Shown here: piece after piece, positions 34,601 to 48,653 of the stretch
Position numbering within the stretch: the first letter of the stretch is position 1
Layout: each line of letters begins with the position of its first letter
Source of the DNA: Camelus ferus
Lineage: Eukaryota
Reading direction: 5' to 3'
NCBI RefSeq assembly: GCF_009834535.1
Contig: NC_045697.1
Location: 50,842,001-50,906,000 of the forward strand
Length of the DNA stretch: 64,000 nucleotides
Notes under the pieces: model-generated
The model's input: only the letters and a program-made list of their open reading frames with translations
Database searches by the model: none
Told to the model about the DNA's origin: nothing
Translations under genes and position numbers: made by a program

Positions 34601-37600
34601 AAACTGAAAACAGAAGATATGTAGTATTCAACTTTGAACTGTTTATCCCATCTTGGACACAGAGCCTGAATGCACTATGAATTGCCTGCATTTTTAATAG
34701 CATGAATATATGCAATATATTTGTGCAACCTTCATTCTTCTCTGACCCTCTTCTTCTTCAGTCTGACTGGTATTCTTAAAAAAGAGAAAAAAAGAAGTGG
34801 CTCAGGCTCACCCTGACCTTCAGGGGATTCATGGAGGAACCCTACAGCACAGCAGAACGCTACCCACCTTCCTAAATATACTATGTTGAGCGGAAAAGAA
34901 ATTCTGAAAAAGTAAGATTTAATCCTTCCTGTGTTACATAAGTGTTCCCGATGCAGTCTTGGCTACGCAAGAATTTCACCCTGGTGCTTTTGGAGTCTTG
35001 CAGCCTGGTAATGCAACGTGTGGAAAGCCAAGGCTGCACTATATCATGTCTAGGTGGCACTGCAAAGAGATTTCTAGATGGCAAAGGGGAACACACAGAA
35101 TCCTTGTGCTGTTCAGTATGCCCCAGTACAAGCCCTACCTTATGGTCAGAAAACAGCAACACCATCCTCCCGTCTACAAAAGAATTGCCAAAAGGTGGGG
35201 CTGGGAGAGTTTCAGGAAACACAGCCAAGAGTTCAGGCAAGGGTGTCGTGTCTTCTAATCCTCAGCTTTTCTCATTTCTCTGGAACTGTACCAGTTCACT
35301 TGTTTGTTTACTCTGTGTGTACAGGGGGGACAGGTGTTGCTGCAGCATTTAAACTCCTGAGCTTGTCATGTGTTTTTACATCTACCTCCTCCCAGTTGTA
35401 TCTTCATCGGAATTTCCACAGACTCTTGGAAATTCGGCTTCTTAGATGCTTCTTCTCCCATTTGCAGTGTAAGGGTCAAGTGCGCTTGTTCTAAATTGCC
35501 TCAATCTGGAAACTCCGTGAGGTTTAAGGTGTAGCCTCGCAGCATGGCTGGGCAGAGACTGCGGCAGTAGATCGTGTGCATGTGTATGGTGGGGAAGGGA
35601 GTAGTCTGTCTGTCTGTCTGTCTGTTTGGCTGTTTGTTCAGGGTGGGAAGGGGTGAAAGGAGGAGAGAGAGAAAAGGATGAATAACAAGAAGATGAGCAA
35701 AGGTTTTAGGGCACCTTCATTTTTCTCTCCGAAAAGCATGCATTTCCTTAATGCCAAGGACTACTAATGCAGTCACATCAGAGCATCTCTGGAGTGCACA
35801 CCAGTGCAGTGTACAATGGTGACAGCTTTATTCAGAAAATTCTGGTAAAACACACACAACATAACATTTACCATCTTAACCATTTTTAAGAGTACAATTC
35901 AGTGATATTAACTATACTCTCATTGTTGTGTGATGATCAACACCATTGATCTTCTGAACTCCTAGTATTGACTTCTGAATTAAAATTATCTTAGTTCAAA
36001 TTGAGGTTCTGACATTTTGTAGAATCATTTATGCCTGAGACCTCAGTTTATCTCACCTGTAGTAATTTTTTTTCTTCAAAAAAAAACTGATAGGACTGTT
36101 GTGAGAATTATGTCATAATGTTTGTAAAGTGCTCAGTATAGTGATAAACGATAGAATTCACTATTGTTATTAGTATGGTTTCCTGGAACGTTAGCCACTT
36201 GTTACTTCTCCATAAATGGCATGAAAACTTCCTTTCATCACCTAGTGGTGCTAGAGCCCTGGCAAGCATAACTTGTTGACGTGTAGATTTCTTGCATTAT
36301 TATTATTGTTATTATTTTTAGAACTGTGTGTCCAATAGCAGGGAAATGGACCGGGGGGAAAAAAAGTACCTGCAAAGACAATCAAAGAATAGTCTTTGGC
36401 ATAACTCTGTTCCAACACATTCAAATTATCTACTTATCTTAACAACTAGAGCAGCAAATGCTCTGAATCAGTGAGGCAGAGCCTGGAGCAGGGCAGGGTC
36501 TGTCTGGGCAGACAGTTTTGGCACGACGTTGGTAGGGCAACCTCCATCAAAGAAGTCAGACTTCAAAGGCCACTGCTTCCCTGGGATGACATCCCCTTCT
36601 GGTGACCTTTGCAGCTCTGGCTAACCCAGGGGACCATCAGGGAGGGCACAGCCTCCTTATTTCCTTGGCTGGACCCCCACCTCATACCCAATCTTCCCCC
36701 TCCCAACCCCTGCTGCCCCACAGTGTTTCTGAGCTCATAGCCTGTCAAGGCTGCTTTATAGGCACTTTTAAGACAGATTAAGTTTAAAATATTCCCATAG
36801 GAATATAATTTATCTCTGTTTATGGAACCATTCTGACTTCCCATACATTATCTCATTTATTCCTCAAATGAGCCCCTTCCTTCTACCTTCCTTCTTCTTT
36901 CCTTCCTCAACAATTGTAGTTAAATACGATTCACATTCAGTATTAAAAATTTGGGAAATAAAGAAAATATAAAGAAGAAACCAAAAAATTATTTGTAATC
37001 TCACCATCCAGAGATAAAGATGTTGATAATACACCTTTCAAGATTGTATTTATAAGCGTATATTTCAAAATGTGTATCGTGCTGTACAGACAGTTGCATG
37101 TTCTGTTTATTTCACCTTCCACTCCTTTGTCAGCGTTTACTATCAGTCAGCACCTACACTTTATGATTTGGAGCATTTATAATCTGTTATAACACGTGGT
37201 TTTTTCCAAGTCACTTTCTTTCAACATCTCTTCTATTTAGGGCTCTTCCCTTCCCAGCCTCACCCATACTAGGCTGAGCCCTCCTTTCTCTGGTCCAGGT
37301 CACCAAGAGATCTCCTCACTCGTCTCACCTCCAGCTTCATCCCTCCACCATCCACTCATTTCTGCCAAGTGCACTTTCTACACTGCAGATCTAACCACGT
37401 CTTTCCCTGGTTTTAATCTTCAGTGATCCTCAAGATAAAGTTTACACTCCTCGCTTTGAGAAAAGTCCTTCTCCACTGGGCCCCTCTCCAGAGTCTCTGG
37501 GTCTGTCTCCTCTTCCTCCCTTGGCTTCGGTTCTTCCATTCTTGGCTCTTTGAGCCCAGTGCACATTCTGGAACACCCTTCTCCACACCCCCTCCTTTTC

Positions 37601-37714
37601 TTTGCTCGGAAAACCTACTGATCCTTTACAAGCTGTAGGCAGCAGCATTCTCTCCACCTTACCTTCAACCTGCCCCACTGTGTTCAGGTCTCCTGATCTG
37701 CTCTCTCCTAACTC

Positions 37715-37900
37715 TGTGAGTGGACCTCCAGCCTAGTGTGCCCAGCAGAACCGCCTGGAAGCTTTGTTGAAACACAAATCTTGCAGCTCTGCTCCTGGAG
37801 TTTCTGTTTCAGAAGGTCTGGGGGGCTCGAGATTTTGCATTTCTGAAGTTCCCAGAAATTATCTGTCCAGGGAACAGACTTCAAGCTCTACCACTATAGC
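37715..37900. mobile_element. MER5A-like hAT-Charlie MITE
   Basis: gcagaaccgcctggaagctttgttgaaacacaaat...gagtttctgtttcagaaggtctgggggg...ttttgcatttct. Confidence 0.7.
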
Positions 37901-40900
37901 CAAATGACTAGATCTTAAGTGATTTCTTTTGCTTCCCCCTTCTGGTCACTGACTTCTGCTTAATGAGGTCTGAAATGAATTCCAGGATTCTAGTGATGAT
38001 GACCACATGTGAACATCCCCTGAGTAAAGGAACACTTCCAGGAGTCCTGACTCAGCCGCATCGTGATGTGACCATCTACAGTCGGCTTCCCCTGCAGGCT
38101 CCCCTGTCATGGATCCCCGCGGTATGACTCAGTAGAAATTTCTGTGCAATGCAGTTTGCAGACATGCTACAGGAGTCATGGGTGTGAGTCCCTTGACCAT
38201 GTGTCTAATTTCCTGAAAATTTTGGAAATCTCCCTTTAAATCCCCTTTCCTCAATGAATTTTCTCTCACAGATGCCTCAAAAGTAAATAATAAGGCATTG
38301 TTTTCCTGTGGATAAGTCATCAACTGTATAAATGTCTCTAACTTTGCTATTAAGAGTCATAAAAAGATACAGAGGAAGCTATATGAGGTTGATCTTAAAA
38401 TTTTGGCAAAAATGCTTTCGGTATGCATATTATTTGTATTTCTGGTAGAGGGTAGGGAGCAAAAAAGGCAGAACTTTACGTCAAGGAAAATATAATGTCA
38501 TGGAAAGAAAATCCCTTTGCATGTGACCTAATAAAGCTTTCCTGGGACAAGCTCTGTTCTATCTACTTCCCTACTAACCAAACAGATGACATGTCGAATC
38601 TAAATCTGAATTTACCAGATGCAGGTAAACAACTGTTCATTTAACTTCCCAGAAATACAGAAAGCCACTTCCCTAAATTGTTCTGGTTTCATTTTTACAC
38701 GCTAAACTTGTAGGTGTGAAGACAGTCTTTTAAAATGTGCTAATAATTTACGTCTAAGTAATTTCTACAAAAACATGCAAATATAGTGGTAACATAAACA
38801 GATTCATGCTTGTGCCATATTTTCAAAGACCCTCTGAATTTCCTGAGGCAAGCTTGCGTTAAACTTAGAAGTTAGCTTTTCTTCCCAGTGCTGAAAGGAG
38901 GAAGCAAGGGAATAGGAGGACCCCGCTCCCTCAGTGCCTAGTTTCCCCTAATTTTTTTTTTTTTTTTTGCAATTGCCTAGTCTTTATGGGGCCACCAATT
39001 CTGTTTTCTTTCTTCATTTAGCACCATACTTACCAGGGCACAAATTAGTACATGAACACATGTAGGGAGCTGAACTAGAAAATGACAATTCAGTTGTGTA
39101 CCTCATGGATAATCAGTAATTAACTAGATGGCTTATAGAGACTTAATCAGCAAAAAGGAAAAAAAATGAAGGTAACCAACAATGCAGACACATTTCAACT
39201 AATTTCTACCTATAAGCAATATAGAATATGGGGATGAAAGGACCCTTTTCCCTCCTTCCTAAAATAGAACAAGATTTGCTTTGAACCATTCGGGTGGCTC
39301 TTTCTTGAGTTCTAGCCTCGTACTTGGCATATGTGGTAATTCAATAACCAGTAAATAAAATCTCAGGAGTTCCGGTCTGTCACTCCAGCAGGAAGTGGAC
39401 AGTCCTAGGTTCAGCCCAAAGAAACACTCTCACCAACATCATTCAATCCTGAGCTGGAATTCAGAGAATCTCAAGGCCGTGCGTAGAGACGCACACATAC
39501 ATCAAACGTTAGTAATGACAGTTGACCGAAATTACAGAGTGATAAAACGGTGATTCATTTAACTCATTTAAAATTTTAAAATGATTTTCAATATAAAGTG
39601 ACAAAGCCATTTAATTAAAGTTTTGATGATTTGATCTTATATATTAATTTGCTAAAATGCATAATTAATAAAAAATGTCAAGAATTTACCTAGAATATCA
39701 TTATGGTAGTGCTTTCTTTCACCTTTCACTATGTTCTTAAAAGCGATTCTATAATTAATTTTGCTCATTAGTGTGTTTCTTTCATCCATCCATTGGATTA
39801 ATATTTATTGAATACCTTTAAATGCTAGGCATGGTATTAGGTACAAATGAATTTTTATTAATAAAAAGTCTCAACACTGAATCTAAATATTAGTGATAGC
39901 AATATGATTTTAAACACAACATTTACATTGAGGAAGTTCAACCTGAAAAATAAATACTTTGTAATACAAAATATCAGTTCAGCTTAGAAATAATAACAAA
40001 TTAGAACATAATTTCCCTTATTGTACAAACGAAAGAAAACATAATATGATCATTATAATAACTCCGACTCCCATACAAAGTAGGAAGGGGAGTGGGGGGA
40101 GCAGAGAATGCTCCTACTTTGCTTCAATTTATCTCTGTGTATTCCCCAGATGACCAGATATGAGCACCTTCTTGTTTATGCTGCTTAGCCCCCCAAAAAA
40201 CAAACCTATAAATATCAGATTTCAAATCGGAAAGCTAGACTCACAACAGGTGCACAGTGCCAAGAACTCCAGAGGGGTATGACCAGCATGATGCTTCTGC
40301 ATGAATTTAATTTTTCCCTGATCCTCCCCTCCCTCTGCCAGTTATTGAGCCAAATGGTGTTGGGATGTCCAGCAGGTTATAACTAGGGTATGGAAAAGAA
40401 AGCATTGGCCATGCTAACATTGCTTCCTTCCTGGCCATGACTCAGAGCTCTTAATGGACTCTACAGGCAACTGGTGGTGACAAATGGAGACGAGACCCAG
40501 GAAAGATTGCAGGTGTTAGGCTGCATGCTTGCATATGACCAGGCACCAGGTTGGAGCACCCGGGTCCTCAGGGTTACACATTACACCAGACTGTACAAGA
40601 AGCCATGGATCAATGTGGGCATCTCCCTGGAGCATCAATTTTAATGGATGTAAAGTGATGTAAAGTAAATTAAAATATTACTTCTATATTGCATTAAAAT
40701 AATAGAGGAAAAATTACTAAGTATAAAATATTGCTTGAATCTTTAAGTTAAAACAAATGCTTTCAAAGGAATTGCACACTTGAATGGGTCATCAGTCTTC
40801 TACATCTGGTCCCAAACCCCTAGGCTGCCTCTGCACTCTAATGCATCAGTAGAGCTACTTTCATCGCAAGAGTGAGGAGTGCTGGTCTACTGTGGTTTCC

Positions 40901-41709
40901 CACTGACTCCTACTCACGCACATCAGTTCTCCTGATTTGTTGTAGTTACCACTCTGTGTTTATTTCCTGTCTCCTACTAGAATGGCGCTCTGTGAGGACA
41001 GAGCCTCTGTCTACCTCCTCCACGGTGCCCACCACGTGGCTTAGTGCATTGCAAATAGAGTTAGCCTCATTAATTCCAGGACGAACGTTACTTTAGGAAT
41101 AGTCAAGTGAAGAGTTGATTATAAGCATCAATGTGGTAAAGTCTGATATCAAAGTTCCTAAGCCACCCCAAGTCTATGCTCTCCTTCTTGGGGTCCAGAA
41201 TCTTTGTTTTCTCTTCTTTCCCTTTTTTAAAATTTCCCTTTTACTTTGCTTTTTATGATATGACAGAAGTGATTAATAAAACTTGACATGTCCTCCCTAG
41301 TAGAAAAATATGTGTTCGAACAGGGAACAAATCCTTACACTAAAGAGTATTGCAAGCATCAGTCAGTGGGTGGAGGGGAATTATTTTGGTCATAGGACAT
41401 TCCCAGTTCTCCTAACACACAGAGGATTACGAATTCCAGTGACTTATAAGGCCAGACTTGAAGTAATCCTATGCTGGATCATATGAATCAGATTGAACTC
41501 ATTTTTTTTCCTGGAAAAAAAAAGTGATTTTCAAAGTCCAAAACAAGCTATCATTACCAGATGACATTATACAGGGTAGCAAGCATTGGGATCAATTGCA
41601 TGGATTTAAATCTATGGCAGATAAAGCTCTATTCACTTGATCCTGATGGATTTCACTTTCCTCAACTATTAAATGAAAATCTTAGGCAGTTAGAGAAAAG
41701 AATATTTAA

Positions 41710-41935
41710 CAGTGAATTTTCTGTGTGACAGGAACTTTCTTCTGTGCTTTCCATGTAGTAAGTCAGTTAGTCTCACAAGAACACTAAGAGGTCAATATTA
41801 CTATTGTCTTCAGTTTGCAGATGGGGACCCTGGGGCAGAAGAAGTTAGGCAGCTTGTCCAAGGTCCCACAGAGACTAAGTGAGAGAGCAAGAGTCTAACT
41901 CTGATATCAAATTCCAGAGCCTGCCCTCTTAACCT
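41710..41935. mobile_element. MIR SINE
   Basis: tttgcagatggggaccctggggcagaagaagttaggcagcttgtccaaggtcccacag. Confidence 0.75.
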
Positions 41936-44249
41936 CGCCCCATGAGCTACAAAGCTCTTCCAGGACTGAGTCTCCAAGTCTCTTGCCTTCGCCCCGATGC
42001 CCGCCTGATAGAACAGCATTAGCCCATGAAGCATCATAATAAAGAAACTGCACAATCGGCAGCATGTGCCTGATGAAGCAATTATGATGATAATGACGTG
42101 TGCCTTGTTTGCCCAAGTTTCCCACTGTTATAACAATTATTTGAGAAAGATTTACCCAAACCTCTCTGTTTTCTGGCTATTTTTAAGTTCTATGGTACTT
42201 GGATTCTGGAGTACTGAGACCACTAATGAATAATTATTAATGTGGAAAGTTTTTTCTCCCATTTGCACATCCTAGTAGAGTGGACAAGTTTATCTCATGC
42301 AATCCCCCTATATATAAGAGAGAGCAATTACTGGGTTGCTCATGGTCACACTTGGGACTTGAGAGCCTTAAGTTTCCATAGAAGACATCTAGTCCAAATT
42401 CTACGTTGCAGCTTATATTTTCTATCTTTCGCTTGTGTATACAAAGCTTCAAATGCAGCTACAATTCAAGGAGATAGGAATATTTGGCCATGTTTTTCAT
42501 GAGCAGGGGGTTTCTACTTACAAGTGGGACAAAACCTCTAAACACTAAAAGTGACAACATTCATAGCATTAAAATTAATCTACAAGTCAAGACCTCCATA
42601 AAGAATCTTTCCAGTAACTTGACTTGGATTTAGGGTTTCATCTAATGGACTGACCTAAACAAATCATTTCCCTTTATTTCCCTCTCATTCAGAGGTTTGG
42701 GTCACTTTTTCACAATAAGGTATTTATAGAAATCTTAACTATTAGAATCTTGTTGCATGCTCACCAGACCAGATAAACCCCAGATAATGAAGTCTACCTT
42801 GCAATACTAAAGGCTGATAATTAAACATATAAATGTTTTTACTCAATTTCTCCTTTCCTTGAAGTACTTTCCAGGCCATCTACACTGGCTGGGATGTCAG
42901 GGTATTGGTTTCTGAGTTCTCACTCTGCAACTTTGAGAAAGCCACTCAATGTCTTTTAGACATAAGATTCTTCATCTGCTAACCTAGAGGGCTAGACTTG
43001 TCTCTATCGTTCCTTTCTGCAGTTGTTCTAGTGATGAATTTACACATGGAACCTCAACAGTGTTGATATCATTTGATGGAACTGTCAGAAAAGGTAAATG
43101 TCATATTCTTTAAAGTTTCTCCATCCAATTACCCACAAAAGGTTGAAGTTTCTCCAAGTTAGCTGTAACGATGCCATGATATGCTTTCCTTTTGTGTCAT
43201 CTCTCATTTTTAAAACCTGTGAAATTTTGTAGATTTCAGAAAAGAATTCACATTTCTGACATGAGTGCTTGTTTTAAAATCATAGCATCTTTAAGATACA
43301 TGAGCTCTAATAAAACCAGGCTTGAATATGCTGGTCTAAAGGATAACCAAGCATTACCAGCACAGTTTTATAGTGAGCTCTCCCTATATTCAGCCTAAAC
43401 TTGTTGTTTATTTAAACTACGCTATTAAGTCAGCTAGTCTTTAGTTTGCTGGTACATCATTTTGACCTTTCTTCCCTTGGCTGGGGGTCATTTGACCAGC
43501 CTTAGGGAAATAAATAAATAAATAGGAATGAAAAAAAGAGAGTGGCCAATGAGCAGCTGACATCAGTGATGAGGAATAATATCAGTAAATCTATCCAGCA
43601 AATATCAGCTGGATTAACACCAAATTAGACTATATTTTAATAAGCAATCATTATCAGCATCTTAAATTTAGAACTATCATTAAGAATACAATTTGTGTAT
43701 CCTGAGAGAATGTTCATGAGTCCTTCATTAATGCGTCTGAAATGTGTCTTCAGAACAGATTCACATAAGCAGGCACCATATTGTCTGAGCGTCATCCTCG
43801 AAAGAGAAAACGGTCAACATTCCTCCAGAGGTAACCAGCCTGGGAGAGCACTCTTTGAAAAAGGAGATAGTGCCAAAAATATTTCATGGGAGACTTGAAA
43901 CATTTCTGTTTAGCAATAATGTTTTTACCTGGCTTTCTCACTCAGGCTAACCTGATCCCACTCTCAGTAACTTGTGTTTATTTTTTGCAGCAGCCGAGTC
44001 TGCCAAACTTCTCACTACCCACATCTTCTTGCTACCTTTGAACCATGTACCCACAAGGACACTGAAAAATTGAGCAATCGTGCACCCAGGGTTGGGAGGA
44101 TTTTCTTTCCCAAACTGGGAAACATGTGAGTATTAAGAACAGTCCCTCACCTTAGCCCTCATTCTCATGTTTTATGAAATAATTGTGCCATTCATTTCCT
44201 CAATTGTGATTCACCAGTAGACAAGGGCCCTCCTTTAGTGATTCTTTAC

Positions 44250-44295
44250 AATCTCTTTGTTGGTTCTTTGTAAATAATCTCTTTGTTGGTTCTTT
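44250..44295 (+). repeat. Short tandem duplication (aatctctttgttggttcttt x2, period 26)
   Basis: Exact 20-mer at 44250-44269 and 44276-44295. Confidence 0.9.
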
Positions 44296-46811
44296 ATAAC
44301 ATGATACTTACCCCTCTTCCATGTTCTGGTGTTCCGGCTTGGGCCTAACTTATGAAATAAAAAATATGGGCCTGGGCTTATCTCCAGGTAGCCCTAATTC
44401 AGCCCTACAGAGCAAAAAATGTATGGTCAGATGATCTTGGCTTCCAGTCCTGAGTTGACACACTCACCAGTGGCATGACCTTCAGCAAGTCACTAAATGA
44501 CAGAGTCTCTGGTTCCTGTGTACAAATTTGGGATAATTTTAACTACCTTGAAGGATTAACCAATATGATGAGTGCATGCAGAATAATCAACACCCAACAG
44601 GCATTCAGTAGATAGCACAATTATTACCCCTATCATTTGCTGAGAAAATTACTCATAGTTGTTTATTTTGAAGACCTAAATCCAACAAAATCTTAAAGCA
44701 GTTTCCAGTGGGTCAAGAGTAGTCATGTCAAACATTCTACTTATTGAAAGTATGAATACTTGTAACTAACCAGGAAGTTGTTAAGGAAGACAGTCTAACG
44801 TGGAGGACATCCTCTTACCCCACATGTTCTTGGCACTGCTATGAGACAGCATTTCTTCTGATGATTTAGAAAGCTGGTTCCTCCTTTGAGAACACAAATG
44901 TTATTTACATGTGCCAACCATTCCACCCAGAGTTCTGATCTAGGAAGTGTAAAAGGTCATGAGTATACTCTGACACCATGAGTCTAACCTTATGGATTAG
45001 CAATACAAGGTGACAATTTTCTTAGTTCTTTTTTTCTTTTTCTTTCTTTCTTTTTTAATATTTAACAGTCACTTTAACATCCTAGGCATTTTCATGTATG
45101 CTGCCTTATTTCATCCTAACAACTCTATGCAATAGACATTATTACTCCCCATCACTGATGTCAGTTGCTCATTGACGGTGAGCTATCAGAGGAAGAAGGT
45201 GGGTGTGTGACCACCCCGTACAAGGATATTTCTCCTGGCAGGACGGCAGCTGTAAGTCATTATTTGCCAGCACTCCCAGCAGCTGGGGGATAAATACACT
45301 AGCCCATAAGAAAGGAGACAGGAGTGGGCACCAGCAGGATCTATAATACCCCGTTTTTCAGGAGGTCAGGGAGAAATGAGAATCAGAGCCTTTAAGTGAC
45401 TTTACCATTTGCCCATATTTGGTAGTGAAAAGCCAGATCCTAAATCAGACTGACTGATTTCAAGTCAAGTTCTCTTTCTACAATACCACAGCTAAAGGAT
45501 ACTAGAAGGGCACTTGTGAATTCATATAAATTTCTTTAAGAAGTAGCAGGTTGGAAGAATGACTTCATGAAGTACAAAAAGTCATGAAGCATAAAAAGTC
45601 GTAGTTCCTTTACATTTCTCTATATTTAGCCCTTCTTAATTTTAGCTGATGCCCCCTTCATATTTTACAGGAACTGGAAAACAAATTTATGGACATTCTA
45701 TCCATGAAATTCACAGCTGCACACAGCTTGATTTTAAGTCTTCTTAAAAATTCACTCCATTCTTGAGTCCTGTGCTTTGCATTTGACCTCATAGAGCAAT
45801 CTTTTTTAAATTTCCTTGGAATAATGGTCAAGTTTGGAGATTCACCAAAAAGCCTGATATTAAACACGCCTGTTCTTGCATGCCAGGAGTCCTATAGCTT
45901 TAGTCTGGGTGACATTTACAGTCAGCATTTGAACTTTGACCACTGCGAGGTATCACGATGGTGGAAGAACCAGCACTTCAATTCAGTAAGTTGAGGATAC
46001 TACCTTGTCCAGGGCATTGCTGCAAGATAGTTTCACATTTAAGGAAAAACTGAAGAAATGCTGATACAGAAAACAAGCCAAGAGAAGAGAAGTTTATTCT
46101 AACTGAGAGGTTTGGGCAAGGCTTCTCAGAAAAGAATGCAATTAAACTAGACTTTGAATATTGAAGAAAATTTCAGCAAGTAGTCATCTGAAGGAAAGAA
46201 TGAATAAGGGAACAGACATTAAGGGACACAATTTGAAGGGCAAATGTTTCCCCCAAAAAACAAAGGTCAGAACTATAATCAGAAACTAAAGCACAAATAT
46301 CTGAAACCAAGATCTAACAGCACTAAGTTCAGAAGCACAATGAGGATAAGTTTTAGGACCCAGAGGATATACAGATCTAAACCCCAGATGAAAACCTGGA
46401 GTCACAAGTAGAGACAGATATTAAGCCCAGAAAGAAAACAAAAGCCAACTGAAATCTAAAGATACTATAGGAAGTTTGACATAGTCTCTCATTTGAAAGG
46501 AAGCTGCCCAAAGACTTGGGCAATGTCATACAGGAAGTGGAGGGGGGTCATTAGAGTGCTTTTGTCTCATCTGGTCAAGGTCACTCTGAAGCTTCCAATT
46601 ACAACCTGAACATCACAACTACTTTTGAGGGTAATGGTTCATGAAGATGTTTTGCCCAAGAATCACTTAGAGGAGTCCCTGCTTTCATTCCTAAGATGAG
46701 CATGCTGATTAGAGAAGCAGGATCCTGGAAAGTACAAAAGGAAAGGGCCTCCTCCTTGACATCTTAGGTCTAATATCACAGGTTAGCAACAGCCTTTAAC
46801 ATCTTAGGGCC

Positions 46812-46932
46812 CCTTTCTTTCTTCCTTCCTTCCTTCCTTTCTTTCTCTTCTTCCCTTTCTTTCTTTCTTTTCTTCTTTTTTCCTTTCTCTTCCTTCCTTC
46901 TTTCCCCACTTCCTTTCTCTCTTTCTTTTCTT
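46812..46932 (+). repeat. CT-rich (TTCC/TTTC) low-complexity tract
   Basis: Nearly pure pyrimidine run. Confidence 0.9.
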
Positions 46933-48504
46933 AATTGTTACTTAGCATCTTTCATGTGCCCAGTGGCCTAGGTGTTATCATGTTGGAACTAACCAACCTT
47001 CCACTACCTGAATGTCTGAGTTTGAAGTAGTAAGGAAAGAAGAGAAGATAGGAAGGGAAAGAGTGAGAAGAAGATACTTAGAGTCAACATCAAAAGGCAT
47101 TCCTTTCAGGAGCTGAATAGTCATGATGCCCAGACATACAGTAGCTGAACAGTCAAGATTCAGAGCTCTCAAGAAGTGAAGCAGGAGGGAGGGAGAAGCA
47201 GCAGGGCATAACATTTCCAAATGCCCATTTGAGCCAGGCACAGTGTCAATTATTTTGCATGACTGTTGTCACCATTTAATCCTCTTCAAGTTGCAAGTTG
47301 GTGAGTTTCTAAAAGTAAAATTGCTCAGAATAAAACATGCTCCCTTTAGCTGTACGCATCCAAATTGAAACGTAGCTCAGCTTGCATTTTAGACCAATTC
47401 TGGACCACTTAGAAGGCTTCACTGCCATTTCTTTAGTTCCAAATAATGATTAAGAATCATTGCCGTTACCAGGTTGAAAATTATAATAATGTATTTCATC
47501 TTTATACAGTTGAATAGCAGATACAGCCTAATTTATGGATGAAGAAGAAATGATGAAAACGTATTATTTGTTTCTGTTTTTACTGGGCACTTACCCATAA
47601 CTGGCATTACAGCTGTAAGGACACCATTGACATAACAAAGTGTAACCGTATGTATTTTCTGGGGATGAATGAAAATCATTACCAATGTTACGGTTTCTTC
47701 AGCTTTGAGGGACCCTGTTATATCTCAGTGAGGCTACTGTCAGGTCTAATTTTGTTTATACCCATACAGATATTATTGAAGATTAAAATATTTTCATAAG
47801 TATATATAAAACTACTTACTCTTTACAATGACATTTAAGACCTAAACTGTTTTTAGCCTTTGCCTAACCATTATATAGAGTATTGCAATTGAAATCAACA
47901 AAGATTTGGTATTTGAACACGTCAAGGTGTGGTTGAAATGGCTGGAGTTTCACAAAATCATTCTTAAGGCATTTGGCATAGAGATCCAAGATAAAACTAA
48001 ATTTGTTTCAGATAATCATATTCTGAACACAAGTCTGTATTGTAACTGTCCTATTGACTCAGCCCATTTCCTATTAATTAAGGAATTTTTTTTTATATCC
48101 CTTTGGTTTAGTTTGAGAAAAATCTACCTTAAAATAGTATCTCTTGAATGTCTTCTGTGTGTCCAGCCTCGGGAAGCTATTCATTACACAAAAAAAAAAT
48201 GTGGTGAAGAGAAATTCACCTGGTGGAGCTCATCACAAGACCCTCATGACTCTCTTAATACTGATTCAGTCCACTTTTATCAGTGTTGTCCATCAAATAC
48301 CTTTTTTGATAAGCTAATGGTTTAAAAACTAATTCTTAACAACTAATATAGGCTAGATAATATGAAGTCTGGAATAAAATAGTGAGTGAGATAAACGCAG
48401 CTCCTGCTCTCACAGAGTATACAGTCCACAGGTTCAACAGTCCCCCTGACTGAAAATTCTGGATTTCAAAGGATGTGGCTCAAAAAAAAATAAAATAAAA
48501 TAGT

Positions 48505-48653
48505 GGGGGACAGGTGTAGCTCAAGGGGTAGAGCACATGCTTAGCATGCATGAAGTCTGGGTTCAATCCCTGGCACCTCCTCTAAAAAAATGAATAAATA
48601 AGTAAACTTAATTACCTCCCCCTGCCAAAAATAAAATAAAATAAAATAAAATA
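48505..48653 (+). mobile_element. Vic-1-type SINE
   Basis: gtgtagctcaaggggtagagcacatgcttagcatgcatgaagtctgggttcaatccc; (AAAAT)n tail; TSD aaaataaaataaaatag. Confidence 0.92.

Noticed and set aside
34881..35494. Four overlapping 99-138 aa ORFs
   Set aside because: No recognisable homology and no consistent frame. Better explained by locally higher GC in a putative enhancer.
47330..47745. Possible Tigger/TcMar-like DNA transposon remnant
   Set aside because: Only the terminal gttatatc...gaggctactg motif is suggestive; I cannot assign family or boundaries.
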